49,875 nucleotides of DNA. Source: an uncultured Coxiellaceae bacterium (GTDB lineage Bacteria > Pseudomonadota > Gammaproteobacteria > DSM-16500). Below are positions 7,436 through 18,873 of the stretch, piece by piece. How positions within the stretch are numbered: position 1 is the first letter of the stretch; every line of letters begins with the position of its first letter. Where the stretch lies: assembly GCA_964427485.1 (NCBI GenBank), contig CAYRUP010000001.1:1-49875 (forward strand), read 5' to 3'. Under the pieces are notes generated by a model. It saw only the letters and a list, made by a program, of their open reading frames with translations, searched no databases and was not told where the DNA came from. The position numbers and the translations under genes were made by a program.

Positions 7436-9721
7436 ATGCGCATGTGGACTCTCGCGTTTTTATCAGGCGTTTTACTATTACAACAATTTGCTCAAATACC
7501 CGCGCAATATTGGATTGTCATTGCGATTTTTTTTGCTTTTATTATCGAATGGATATTAGTAAAAAAGGGGCGCTATTACCGATTACTCGCAGCCTTGTTC
7601 TTCGGGTTTGCTTGGGCATTATTTTATGCGCATTGTATTTTGAGTTGGGAACTACCCAAGGAATGGGAAGGTAAGCCATTACTTGTCAGTGGTTATATTG
7701 CAGATATTCCTGTGGTTTCAGAACATAGAACAACATTTTTATTTAATCTAAAAAAAATTCAATCTGACAATGCGCGTACATTGATTAAATTATCCTGGCA
7801 AAACCCGCAAGTTATTTTGCATCCGGGCGATCAATGGCAATTTGTCGTGCACTTAAAACGTATTCATGGTTTGAGAAATCCGGGTGGTTTTGATTATGAA
7901 GCATGGGCTTTTCAAACAGGGATTCGTGCCAGTGGTTATATCGTCATGGAATCTCAAACCAAGTTATTAGCAAGTCATTGGTATCATTATCCACTTAACC
8001 GAATTCGTGAAAAGTTGAAAGAAAAAATTGAAAAAAATCTACCGACGAGTAACACATCAGCTTGGATTAGCGCGCTTGCCTTGGGAGAACGCCAAAATAT
8101 TTCTGCAGAAAATTGGGAAATACTTCGAAAAACAGGCACGAATCATCTCATGGCGATTGCAGGGTTGCATATTGGATTGATGGCAAGTTTCGTTTTTTTA
8201 TTAGTAAAAGGGTGCTGGCGACGCGTGACGTATCTCACTTTGAAAATGCCTGCACAATACGCGGGAGCAATCGCAGCTTTTGTTATGGCGCTTCTATACA
8301 GTGCATTGGCTGGATTTTCGATTCCGACACAGCGCGCGTGCATTATGCTTTCTATCACTCTCATCATGTTACTGATGCAGAGAAATACAATTGCATGGCA
8401 AGCTTGGTGTATCGCGATGCTTTGTGTACTTTTCCTAAATCCTCTCTCAGTACTGACAGAAAGTTTTTGGTTATCTTTTTGTTCGGTCGCCCTGATTATT
8501 TATGGCATCAGCGGGCGTCTCGCACCTAAAAACCTTTGGTGGAAAATAGGGAGAATACAATGGGTCATTGCACTCGGTTTAATTCCCTTAAGTATTTGGC
8601 TTTTTCAAGAATGTTCATTGATTTCCTTTATTGCAAATAGCCTAGCGATTCCTTGGGTTGGATTTATTGTCGTACCTTTGACATTGCTGGGCTGTTTTTT
8701 CTTATTATTTTCTTCGGTATTCGGTGGATTTGTTTTATGGATAGCAGATAAAACGCTCGCTGTTTTATGGATTATTTTAACTTATCTTTCCAGCGTATCC
8801 TGGGCATCTTGGTCAGTCGTGATGCCAGCACAGTGGATTTTATTTATGGCGTGTTTGGGCATGGTGATATTGCTCGTACCGGCAGGATTTCCTGGACGTT
8901 ATTTTGGGTTTGTTTGGCTGCTGCCTTTATTATTTTATCATTATCCAGCACCTAAAAAGGGAGAAGTTTGGTTTACATTGCTCGATGTGGGTCAGGGACT
9001 TTCTGCGGTTATTCAAACAAAACAGCATATTGTTGTATTTGATGCGGGATCGAAGTTAAGTAGTAATTGTGATATGGGAGAAAGTGTCGTCGTGCCTTTT
9101 TTACATTCTCGCGGCGTGAAAAAAATTGATATGTTGGTGATAAGTCATGGCGATAATGATCACATAGGTGGTGCGCCTGCATTAGGTGAACATTTTCCTA
9201 TACTAGCAGCAAGAACCAGTCATCCAGAAAAATTATTCTCTTTGCCGAGTCAATATTGTTTGCGCGGTGAAACATGGGAATGGGATAAGGTGACTTTCGC
9301 ATTTCTTTATCCACCCGCGGATAAATTAAATTTAGATAACAATAGTTCGTGTGTATTGCGTATCACAGATGAAAATGAACATCATATTCTACTGACAGGT
9401 GACATTGAAAAATTAGCTGAAAATTATTTATTGCAAGTCGATCCAAAAAATTTATCGACGGATATTTTAATTGCACCCCATCATGGCAGTAAAACATCCG
9501 CTGTGACGGAGTTTGTGAAAGAAGTGAATCCAAGTTATGTTTTATTTCCGGTAGGGTATCGCAATCGTTATCATTTTCCAAATGTAAGCGTGTTAGAAAA
9601 ATACCGTGCATTAAATGCCAAACTATTTTCAACAGTCGATGATGGTGCAATTCAATTTGCACTATCAACCGATAAAACGCCGCGGCTTTATCGATTAGAT
9701 CACAAAAAATATTGGAATTAA
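7436..9721 (+). CDS. comEC: DNA internalization competence protein ComEC/Rec2
   Basis: 761 aa. Polytopic membrane core with a C-terminal metallo-beta-lactamase domain (ISHGDNDHIGG, APHHGSK). Confidence 0.9.
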   Translation: MRMWTLAFLSGVLLLQQFAQIPAQYWIVIAIFFAFIIEWILVKKGRYYRLLAALFFGFAWALFYAHCILSWELPKEWEGKPLLVSGYIADIPVVSEHRTTFLFNLKKIQSDNARTLIKLSWQNPQVILHPGDQWQFVVHLKRIHGLRNPGGFDYEAWAFQTGIRASGYIVMESQTKLLASHWYHYPLNRIREKLKEKIEKNLPTSNTSAWISALALGERQNISAENWEILRKTGTNHLMAIAGLHIGLMASFVFLLVKGCWRRVTYLTLKMPAQYAGAIAAFVMALLYSALAGFSIPTQRACIMLSITLIMLLMQRNTIAWQAWCIAMLCVLFLNPLSVLTESFWLSFCSVALIIYGISGRLAPKNLWWKIGRIQWVIALGLIPLSIWLFQECSLISFIANSLAIPWVGFIVVPLTLLGCFFLLFSSVFGGFVLWIADKTLAVLWIILTYLSSVSWASWSVVMPAQWILFMACLGMVILLVPAGFPGRYFGFVWLLPLLFYHYPAPKKGEVWFTLLDVGQGLSAVIQTKQHIVVFDAGSKLSSNCDMGESVVVPFLHSRGVKKIDMLVISHGDNDHIGGAPALGEHFPILAARTSHPEKLFSLPSQYCLRGETWEWDKVTFAFLYPPADKLNLDNNSSCVLRITDENEHHILLTGDIEKLAENYLLQVDPKNLSTDILIAPHHGSKTSAVTEFVKEVNPSYVLFPVGYRNRYHFPNVSVLEKYRALNAKLFSTVDDGAIQFALSTDKTPRLYRLDHKKYWN

Positions 9722-10104
9722 GTTACCACGTCTTGCTTTCCATGCGCGAGTAAATCAATTGCCATGAGCAAGGCTGCATTATCAATGGGTTTTTCAAAGG
9801 ATACTGTAGCGCCTAGCGATTCAGATAAGTCCAGATAACCGGTTGGATCCAGTCGACCACCGCCTGAAATCGCAATGATTTCCATACTCGGATGTTTATC
9901 TCTGACTTCTGATATCAAGGTAATGCCGCTTTTTTTTGGCATAATGATATCAGTCACCATAATATCAGGTTCAGATGTTTTAAGAATTTCAGTGGCTTCA
10001 TCGCCGTTAGTCGCACTTTCAACTTGATGCGAAGCGCGCATTAATACCTGGGCTAGCATATCTCTAACTAGATCATCATCTTCAACCAATAATATTTTAG
10101 CCAT
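9718..10104 (-). CDS. stand-alone response regulator receiver (CheY-like)
   Basis: MAKILLVEDDD acidic pocket and phospho-acceptor Asp in DIMVTDIIMPKKSG. ~128 aa with no output domain. Start ATG 10104 is preceded by AAGGAG (complement of 10112-10117). It overlaps the kinase stop by 8 nt. Confidence 0.85.
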   Translation of the reverse strand: MAKILLVEDDDLVRDMLAQVLMRASHQVESATNGDEATEILKTSEPDIMVTDIIMPKKSGITLISEVRDKHPSMEIIAISGGGRLDPTGYLDLSESLGATVSFEKPIDNAALLMAIDLLAHGKQDVVT

Positions 10105-11152
10105 GATTTTTCTCCTTATATTCAGGCAAAAGCAGGGTAAAAGTCGTTCCATGTCCTAGCTGACTTTCAACAAGAATTTCACCTTGATGCTCTTTAATAA
10201 TGGAATGGACAGTAGATAAGCCCAATCCAGTTCCTTTGCCTACTTCTTTAGTAGTAAAAAAGGGTTCGAAAATACGTTGCATAGTCGTTTGATCCATCCC
10301 ATGTCCCGTGTCTGATATAGTAATTTTACAATATCTGCCCGGAATAATTTCAGGTAATTGTTTAAGCAGTTTATCGGTGGAAGGTATTTGAGCAAGCACA
10401 ATACTGACACTGCCTTCACCATCCATGGCATCGACGGCATTATTGATGATATTGACCATCACTTGATGCAGCTGAGTCAAATTCGCCAGAATCGTGCAAT
10501 CACCGGGCATAGGCCAGAGAGAAATGACGACGCTGGCAGGAATGGTGGGTTTTAATAACCCTAAAACGCCTTCTCTCATTTCTTTGAGGCAAATCGCCTT
10601 AAAATCATGATGTTGGCGTCGACTGAATGCCATAATGCGAGAAATTAAATCTTGCCCCCGTTTGCAGCCATCTAATACTTTGCCTAAATTTTTATGCACA
10701 AGGCTTTCTTCCTGGACATCGTCTCTCGCCATTTCAACATAACCGATAATGGCATAGAGAATATTATTAAAATCATGCGCAATTCCGCCTGCCAAAGTTC
10801 CAATGGATTGGAGTTTTTGGCCTTGTAATAACGCTTTTTCCAGCTTTTGCTTGGTTTCTTCCGCATGAATACGGTCTGCTATTTCTTTTTTGAAGTTTTC
10901 ATTAATGATTTCAAAGGATTTTTTGCTATGTTGAGTGACTTGGATGAGGCGGATGGCAAGACCCAATAAAATAGCCAATAAAATCCCTTGTCCTAGGATA
11001 ATCCAAGTATGGGTATCCTCCGGTATTGCGCGAAATGGCCTGAATTGCAGGTAACATAGGAATATTGCAACCAAAATACCTACGCCAGCAGCAACGTAGG
11101 GCAGCCAAGGATAAGGGAGACGAATGTGATCATCTTTAAAATCGTGGCTCAT
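10097..11152 (-). CDS. sensor histidine kinase (two TM helices, HisKA + HATPase_c)
   Basis: H-box GIAHDFNNIL, N-box NIINNAVDAM, G1 DTGHGM and G2 GTGLGLS. Two closely spaced N-terminal TM helices leave almost no periplasmic loop. Confidence 0.88.
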   Translation of the reverse strand: MSHDFKDDHIRLPYPWLPYVAAGVGILVAIFLCYLQFRPFRAIPEDTHTWIILGQGILLAILLGLAIRLIQVTQHSKKSFEIINENFKKEIADRIHAEETKQKLEKALLQGQKLQSIGTLAGGIAHDFNNILYAIIGYVEMARDDVQEESLVHKNLGKVLDGCKRGQDLISRIMAFSRRQHHDFKAICLKEMREGVLGLLKPTIPASVVISLWPMPGDCTILANLTQLHQVMVNIINNAVDAMDGEGSVSIVLAQIPSTDKLLKQLPEIIPGRYCKITISDTGHGMDQTTMQRIFEPFFTTKEVGKGTGLGLSTVHSIIKEHQGEILVESQLGHGTTFTLLLPEYKEKNHG

Positions 11153-11268
11153 AATTAATAGCTTAATCGATTTAAGCGATTGAGGCTATAAAGCAATTTA
11201 TTATATACTTCACCATGGCAGCGTAGATATCTGGGCATGGACGTTCACTAATTTGAAGTAATGAGACT

Positions 11269-14200
11269 ATGCAATTAAAAAAGATTAAGATTTCAGGTTT
11301 TAAATCGTTTGTTGATCCGACTACAGTATTGATTCCAAGCCAATTAGTCGCCATTGTTGGGCCTAATGGGTGCGGCAAATCAAATATTATTGATGCTGTT
11401 TGCTGGGTGATGGGCGAAAGTTCCGCGAAATATTTGCGCGGTGAGTCATTAACAGACGTTATTTTTAACGGTTCCAGTGCCAGAAAACCCGTAGGCCAAG
11501 CTTCAGTTGAGCTTATCTTTGATAATCAGGATGGCAGCCTGGGTGGTGAGTATGCGAGTTATGCTGAAATCTCAATCCGTCGTGTTATTAATCGCGATAG
11601 CGAGTCGAGTTATTTCTTGAATGGAACACGTTGCCGGCGTAGAGATATTATCGATATTTTCTTAGGTACGGGTTTAGGGCCTCGCAGTTATTCTATCATT
11701 GGCCAGAATATGATTTCTCGTATTATTGAGGCGAAACCGGATGATATGCGAGTTTATTTGGAAGAGGCGGCGGGTGTTTCCAAATACAAAGAAAGACGGC
11801 GTGAGACGGAAAATCGCATCCAGCATACCAAAGAAAACATGGCGCGTTTGGATGATATCCGCACCGAGTTGGATAAACAGTTAAATAGCTTAAAGCGTCA
11901 AGCGAATTCAGCCGAAAAGTTCAAATCATTAAAGCAAGAAGAACGCACGATACGCGCGCAATGGCTTGCAGCGCAATGGCGTCAATTTGATGCGAAATTG
12001 GTGCAATATTCATTACAAATCCAACAACAAGAAACCGGGCTTGAGGCCAAACAAGCTGAACTAAGCGAAATCAATTTAACGACCGATAGAAAGCGGGATG
12101 AACATCGTTTGGCGCATGAAACTTTCCAGGATATTCAACGTCGTTATTATTCGGCCGGGAATGAGATTACCCGGATCGAGCAAGACATTCATCATACCAA
12201 AGAACGTCAACAGCAATGGCAAGCTGATATGGATCAGGCTGAGCGTGATTGGTCTTTAGTGAAAGAAAATTTAGAAGAGGTTGAACAAGAGTTAAGTGAT
12301 TTAACCGAAGAATCCCAGCAATTAGATCCAAAACTGAATGAAGCAACCCAAACAGCAAATGCTCTTCTTGAAGCTTATAGTGAAGCTGAAAATGCAATGC
12401 AGACGTGGCAGCAAGAATGGGATCAATTCAATCAGCACGCAGCGCAAACGACCCAGACGGCCGAAGTCGAACAAACTCGAATCGCGCATTTGGAGCAACG
12501 ATTATCTGCACTTAAACAACGAAAAATGCAGCTTGAACAAGAACAAGCGCAAATCAATTTTTCTGAGCTAGACAAAGCGATTGAAACACTGTCGGAACAA
12601 ATTTTGCAAATGACCGAATTGTCTGACGAACATAATCAAAAACTGAATGATGTTCGTCATGAAATTACTACGGTACAAACAATAGAGCAGCAAACGATTC
12701 AACAATTAGATCAAGTCCGTAACAATGCACAACGTTTACGTGGTCAACAAGCGTCTCTTGAAGCATTGCAGCAAACCGCATTAGGGCAACGCAATAATCC
12801 CGTTACTGCATGGTTGGCACAACATAATTTAGATAAAAAACTGCGTTTAGCGCAAAGTGTTGAAGTTGATGCAGGTTGGGAACAGGCAGCGGAAAAAGTA
12901 TTAGGTACCCATTTGCAGGCGGTTTGTGTTGAGAACTTGACAGATATTGTGAGTGCGGTTGATGATTTAAAAGAAGGGAGCTTGTGTGTATTCTCAACGA
13001 AAGCTCCTGCAACGACCGACACTGCTAGCAAAGCAACCTTATTACTTAATAAAATCAAATCAAAATGGCCACTGGATTCTTTATTGTCCGGTATTTATGT
13101 GGCTGACACAGAAGAAGAAGCCTTAGAACTCTGTCAATCCTTAGAGCAACATGAATCCGTTATCACACGTGCGGGCGTATGGCTGAGTCCAACTTGGTTG
13201 CGTGTTTCACGCGATGAAAATCCGGCTGCGGGTGTGTTTCAGCGCGAGCAGGAGTTAAAACAATTAATTAAACAAGTGGCGCAATTAACTGAACATCAGG
13301 ATGAGTTAGACGAAAAATTAATTCAAAGCCGCGAGCAATTAACCGAATTAGTCATCATGCGCGATGAATTGCAAAAAGTGGTAAATCAAGCACACGCAGA
13401 AGTTTTGCAAACAGAAGCGCAACGCAAAATGAAAGAAGAGCGGCGAGCTGAAATCAAAATACGTGCAGAACGTTGCCATACTGAACTTCTCGATAACACG
13501 GAACAGTATGAGCAAACTCAAACTGAATTAAGCCAGGCTCGTTCTGTTTGGCAGCAAGCTTTAAGTGATTTAGAAAAATTGGCTGATCAACGGGATGCTT
13601 TAGCCGAAGCGCGTGACCAATTACGCGACCGAGTGCAGCAAAACCGTCAAAAATTGAATGAGGCAAAAGAACTGCGCCATCAATTAGAAATTCGTTTGCA
13701 AACCACAAAATCACAGCAAGGTGCATTGCAACAAACTATTCTGCGTATGCAAACGCAATTAACCACACTGACCGAACGTAAAGAAACTTTACGCAAAGAT
13801 TCTCATACTGGGACATCCTTACCCGATTTAGAAAAAAACTTAAGTGTAGCATTAAGTCATCGTTTGCAAATCGAAGAAGAATTGAATATTGCGCGCAGCA
13901 CGATTAATGAACTCGAACATGAGTTACGTGACTTAGAAAACAAACGCCAAAGCGTTGAGCGTGAAATCGCAAAAATACGCGATATGTTGGAGACCTTGCG
14001 TCTTGAAGGACAAACTTTAAAAATTAAAACTGAGACGATTCATGAGCAGTTAAAAGAAACGCATCTTTTGCTCGAAGATATATTAAAAGAATTACCAGAA
14101 GATATGGCGCCTGAAATGTATCATCAGCAATTGGAACAAGTCACGTTGCGCATTACCCGTTTAGGCCCAATTAACCTCGTCGCGATTGAAGAATTTGCCT

Positions 14201-14775
14201 CCTGCTCTGAGCGCAAACAATATTTGGATAAACAAAATGAAGATTTGCTGGAAGGATTAACGACGCTGGAAAATGCGATCGCAAAAATTGATAAAGAAAC
14301 CCGCGCACGCTTCAAAGAAACATTTGATAAAGTCAATGAACAATTCGAAGAATTATTCCCGAAAATTTTTGGGGGTGGTCGTGCGTATCTTGAATTAACC
14401 GGGGAAAATTTATTGGATGCAGGTATTACTGTGATGGCTTGTCCTCCCGGCAAACGCAATAGCACGATTCATTTGTTATCAGGCGGCGAAAAAGCCATGA
14501 CAGCGATTGCCTTGGTGTTTTCTATTTTCCGTCTGAATCCAGCGCCATTTTGTTTGCTCGATGAAGTTGACGCGCCACTGGATGATGCTAATATTGGTCG
14601 TTTTTGTCAGTTAGTGAAAGCAATGGCAGATAAAACGCAATTTATTTTTATCAGTCATAATAAATTAGCGATTGAAATGGGTGAACACTTGATGGGTGTG
14701 ACGATGCATGAGCCAGGTGTGTCGCGATTGGTAAGTGTCAATGTAGAAGAGGCTGTTAGTTTAGCAGGAGCATAG
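11269..14775 (+). CDS. smc: chromosome partition protein Smc
   Basis: 1168 aa. Walker A GPNGCGKSN, long Q/E/L-rich coiled coils, a central hinge, signature LSGGEKAMTAIAL and Walker B CLLDEVDAPLD. Confidence 0.95.
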   Translation: MQLKKIKISGFKSFVDPTTVLIPSQLVAIVGPNGCGKSNIIDAVCWVMGESSAKYLRGESLTDVIFNGSSARKPVGQASVELIFDNQDGSLGGEYASYAEISIRRVINRDSESSYFLNGTRCRRRDIIDIFLGTGLGPRSYSIIGQNMISRIIEAKPDDMRVYLEEAAGVSKYKERRRETENRIQHTKENMARLDDIRTELDKQLNSLKRQANSAEKFKSLKQEERTIRAQWLAAQWRQFDAKLVQYSLQIQQQETGLEAKQAELSEINLTTDRKRDEHRLAHETFQDIQRRYYSAGNEITRIEQDIHHTKERQQQWQADMDQAERDWSLVKENLEEVEQELSDLTEESQQLDPKLNEATQTANALLEAYSEAENAMQTWQQEWDQFNQHAAQTTQTAEVEQTRIAHLEQRLSALKQRKMQLEQEQAQINFSELDKAIETLSEQILQMTELSDEHNQKLNDVRHEITTVQTIEQQTIQQLDQVRNNAQRLRGQQASLEALQQTALGQRNNPVTAWLAQHNLDKKLRLAQSVEVDAGWEQAAEKVLGTHLQAVCVENLTDIVSAVDDLKEGSLCVFSTKAPATTDTASKATLLLNKIKSKWPLDSLLSGIYVADTEEEALELCQSLEQHESVITRAGVWLSPTWLRVSRDENPAAGVFQREQELKQLIKQVAQLTEHQDELDEKLIQSREQLTELVIMRDELQKVVNQAHAEVLQTEAQRKMKEERRAEIKIRAERCHTELLDNTEQYEQTQTELSQARSVWQQALSDLEKLADQRDALAEARDQLRDRVQQNRQKLNEAKELRHQLEIRLQTTKSQQGALQQTILRMQTQLTTLTERKETLRKDSHTGTSLPDLEKNLSVALSHRLQIEEELNIARSTINELEHELRDLENKRQSVEREIAKIRDMLETLRLEGQTLKIKTETIHEQLKETHLLLEDILKELPEDMAPEMYHQQLEQVTLRITRLGPINLVAIEEFASCSERKQYLDKQNEDLLEGLTTLENAIAKIDKETRARFKETFDKVNEQFEELFPKIFGGGRAYLELTGENLLDAGITVMACPPGKRNSTIHLLSGGEKAMTAIALVFSIFRLNPAPFCLLDEVDAPLDDANIGRFCQLVKAMADKTQFIFISHNKLAIEMGEHLMGVTMHEPGVSRLVSVNVEEAVSLAGA

Positions 14776-14784
14776 GAGTAAAAC

Positions 14785-17647
<2,863 letters not shown>

Positions 17648-17657
17648 AGGGGTAGAT

Positions 17658-17764
17658 ACCCTCATCCCCGACCCTTCTCCCGTTGCCGGGAGAAGGGAGC
17701 TGATAAGAAGTAGCTCCCTTCTCCCGACGCAGAATGCGTTGGGAGAAGGGCAGGGGATGAGGGT
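17658..17764. repeat. R1 palindromic repeat, full copy
   Basis: ACCCTCATCCCCGACCCTTCTCCC-GTTGCC-GGGAGAAGGGAGC...GCTCCCTTCTCCC-GACGCAGAATGCGTT-GGGAGAAGGGCAGGGGATGAGGGT, beginning 11 nt after the ligA stop. The reverse complement of the copy at 24805-24910 matches it except for the central spacer and a few bases. Confidence 0.9.
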
Positions 17765-17986
17765 ATCAAAGGCAAGAGAGTGTCAATCAGATTTTTATTT
17801 TATACCGAAATCCTAAAAAAAGATTATCGTTTTGCTTGTTCGCAGAATAAACTAATTTTTCTTTTCCTTCGTTTTTTACCCAAAAGAAATTTTTTTGCTT
17901 GGTGGGAACAGCGAATCCAGTAAATTTAAAACATCTCCCTTCCCTCACACAATATGCATGGCGAGAAGGGTTTTAAGGATGGACAA

Positions 17987-18835
17987 TTACCCCAATTTAT
18001 AGCCTGAAGGGGGATTCATTGCACTGCTTCCCGATGGCGATGGGCTTCCTGATGAACCTTTTTTAGAAAGTAGCAACAAACCACCTCCGATGAAGGCAGT
18101 TAATGCGACGGTAGTTAATACTGCTATCGAATTCATTTCTTTTTCTTCGCCAGGTTGATCAGTTAGAGCAGGCTTATAAGCGTCAATCAGTGTGCTAAAT
18201 GGCGTTGGCGTACCGAGCAGAATATTTTTAACAATCTCATTATCTGTCTCAATTCGATCAAGTTGATAGCCATATTGATCATTGCGTTTGATGAGTGAAA
18301 AATAGGAAGTAATAGGACCAGGAATAGCACCATTACAGTCAGCAAACAGAATTGGAATTTCGGAATAAGTGCACATCAATTTAATCGTATTGGATTTTTT
18401 ATCACGCACAATATTCACTTGAGTAAATTCATTTGGGTACTGAATAATTTCCAATAAATTGACTGTGCTAGGACAGCGTATTTTTGCCAATAATAAATTG
18501 TATGTAACCATTCCAACTGCTTGAGTATTTGCTTCAATGATCGCATTCGCATTTTCTTTGCCGCCAAATAATTCAGATAATTTAGCAAGAATTTCATCAT
18601 CTCTGATTTTATTAATTGGTTTACCAGGGAAATAATCAGCAAGTGATTTACCTTCACATAAAAAATTTCTCTGCAAATAGTCTTTGCGAAATTGTGTCAT
18701 TTTTTCTTCTGAGCCTGGTTCAAAAAAACCGCGAGCAATAAATTGAGTCACATCTTTCATTAATAATGATGGAACAGAAGAAGAAAGAATTTTTAATCCA
18801 GCTTCTAATCGATAGCGATGAATAGTATGAGGCAT
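17987..18835 (-). CDS. hypothetical tail-anchored membrane protein (orphan)
   Basis: 282-aa ORF with GGAG 7 nt upstream of the ATG, 38 nt downstream of the NRPS-like gene on the same strand. It has a single C-terminal TM helix (IAVLTTVALTAFIGGGLLLL) followed by a GSSGSPSPSGSS low-complexity tail. I recognise no domain. Confidence 0.6.
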   Translation of the reverse strand: MPHTIHRYRLEAGLKILSSSVPSLLMKDVTQFIARGFFEPGSEEKMTQFRKDYLQRNFLCEGKSLADYFPGKPINKIRDDEILAKLSELFGGKENANAIIEANTQAVGMVTYNLLLAKIRCPSTVNLLEIIQYPNEFTQVNIVRDKKSNTIKLMCTYSEIPILFADCNGAIPGPITSYFSLIKRNDQYGYQLDRIETDNEIVKNILLGTPTPFSTLIDAYKPALTDQPGEEKEMNSIAVLTTVALTAFIGGGLLLLSKKGSSGSPSPSGSSAMNPPSGYKLG

Positions 18836-18873
18836 AACAAAACTCCATGTAAGTAATTACCCAGTATAATATA

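Noticed and set aside
7287-7674. Track ORFs 7287-7559(+) and 7444-7674(+)
   Set aside because: The first starts inside an R1 repeat (MGEGQGMRV) and runs into comEC out of frame. The second lies out of frame inside comEC.
12167-14465. Track ORFs inside smc (12167-12397-, 12338-12571+, 12744-13058-, 12803-13012-, 13454-13726-, 14124-14465-)
   Set aside because: They are embedded in the continuous 1168-aa Smc frame. Biased coiled-coil codon composition produces long alternative frames, and nothing supports them independently.
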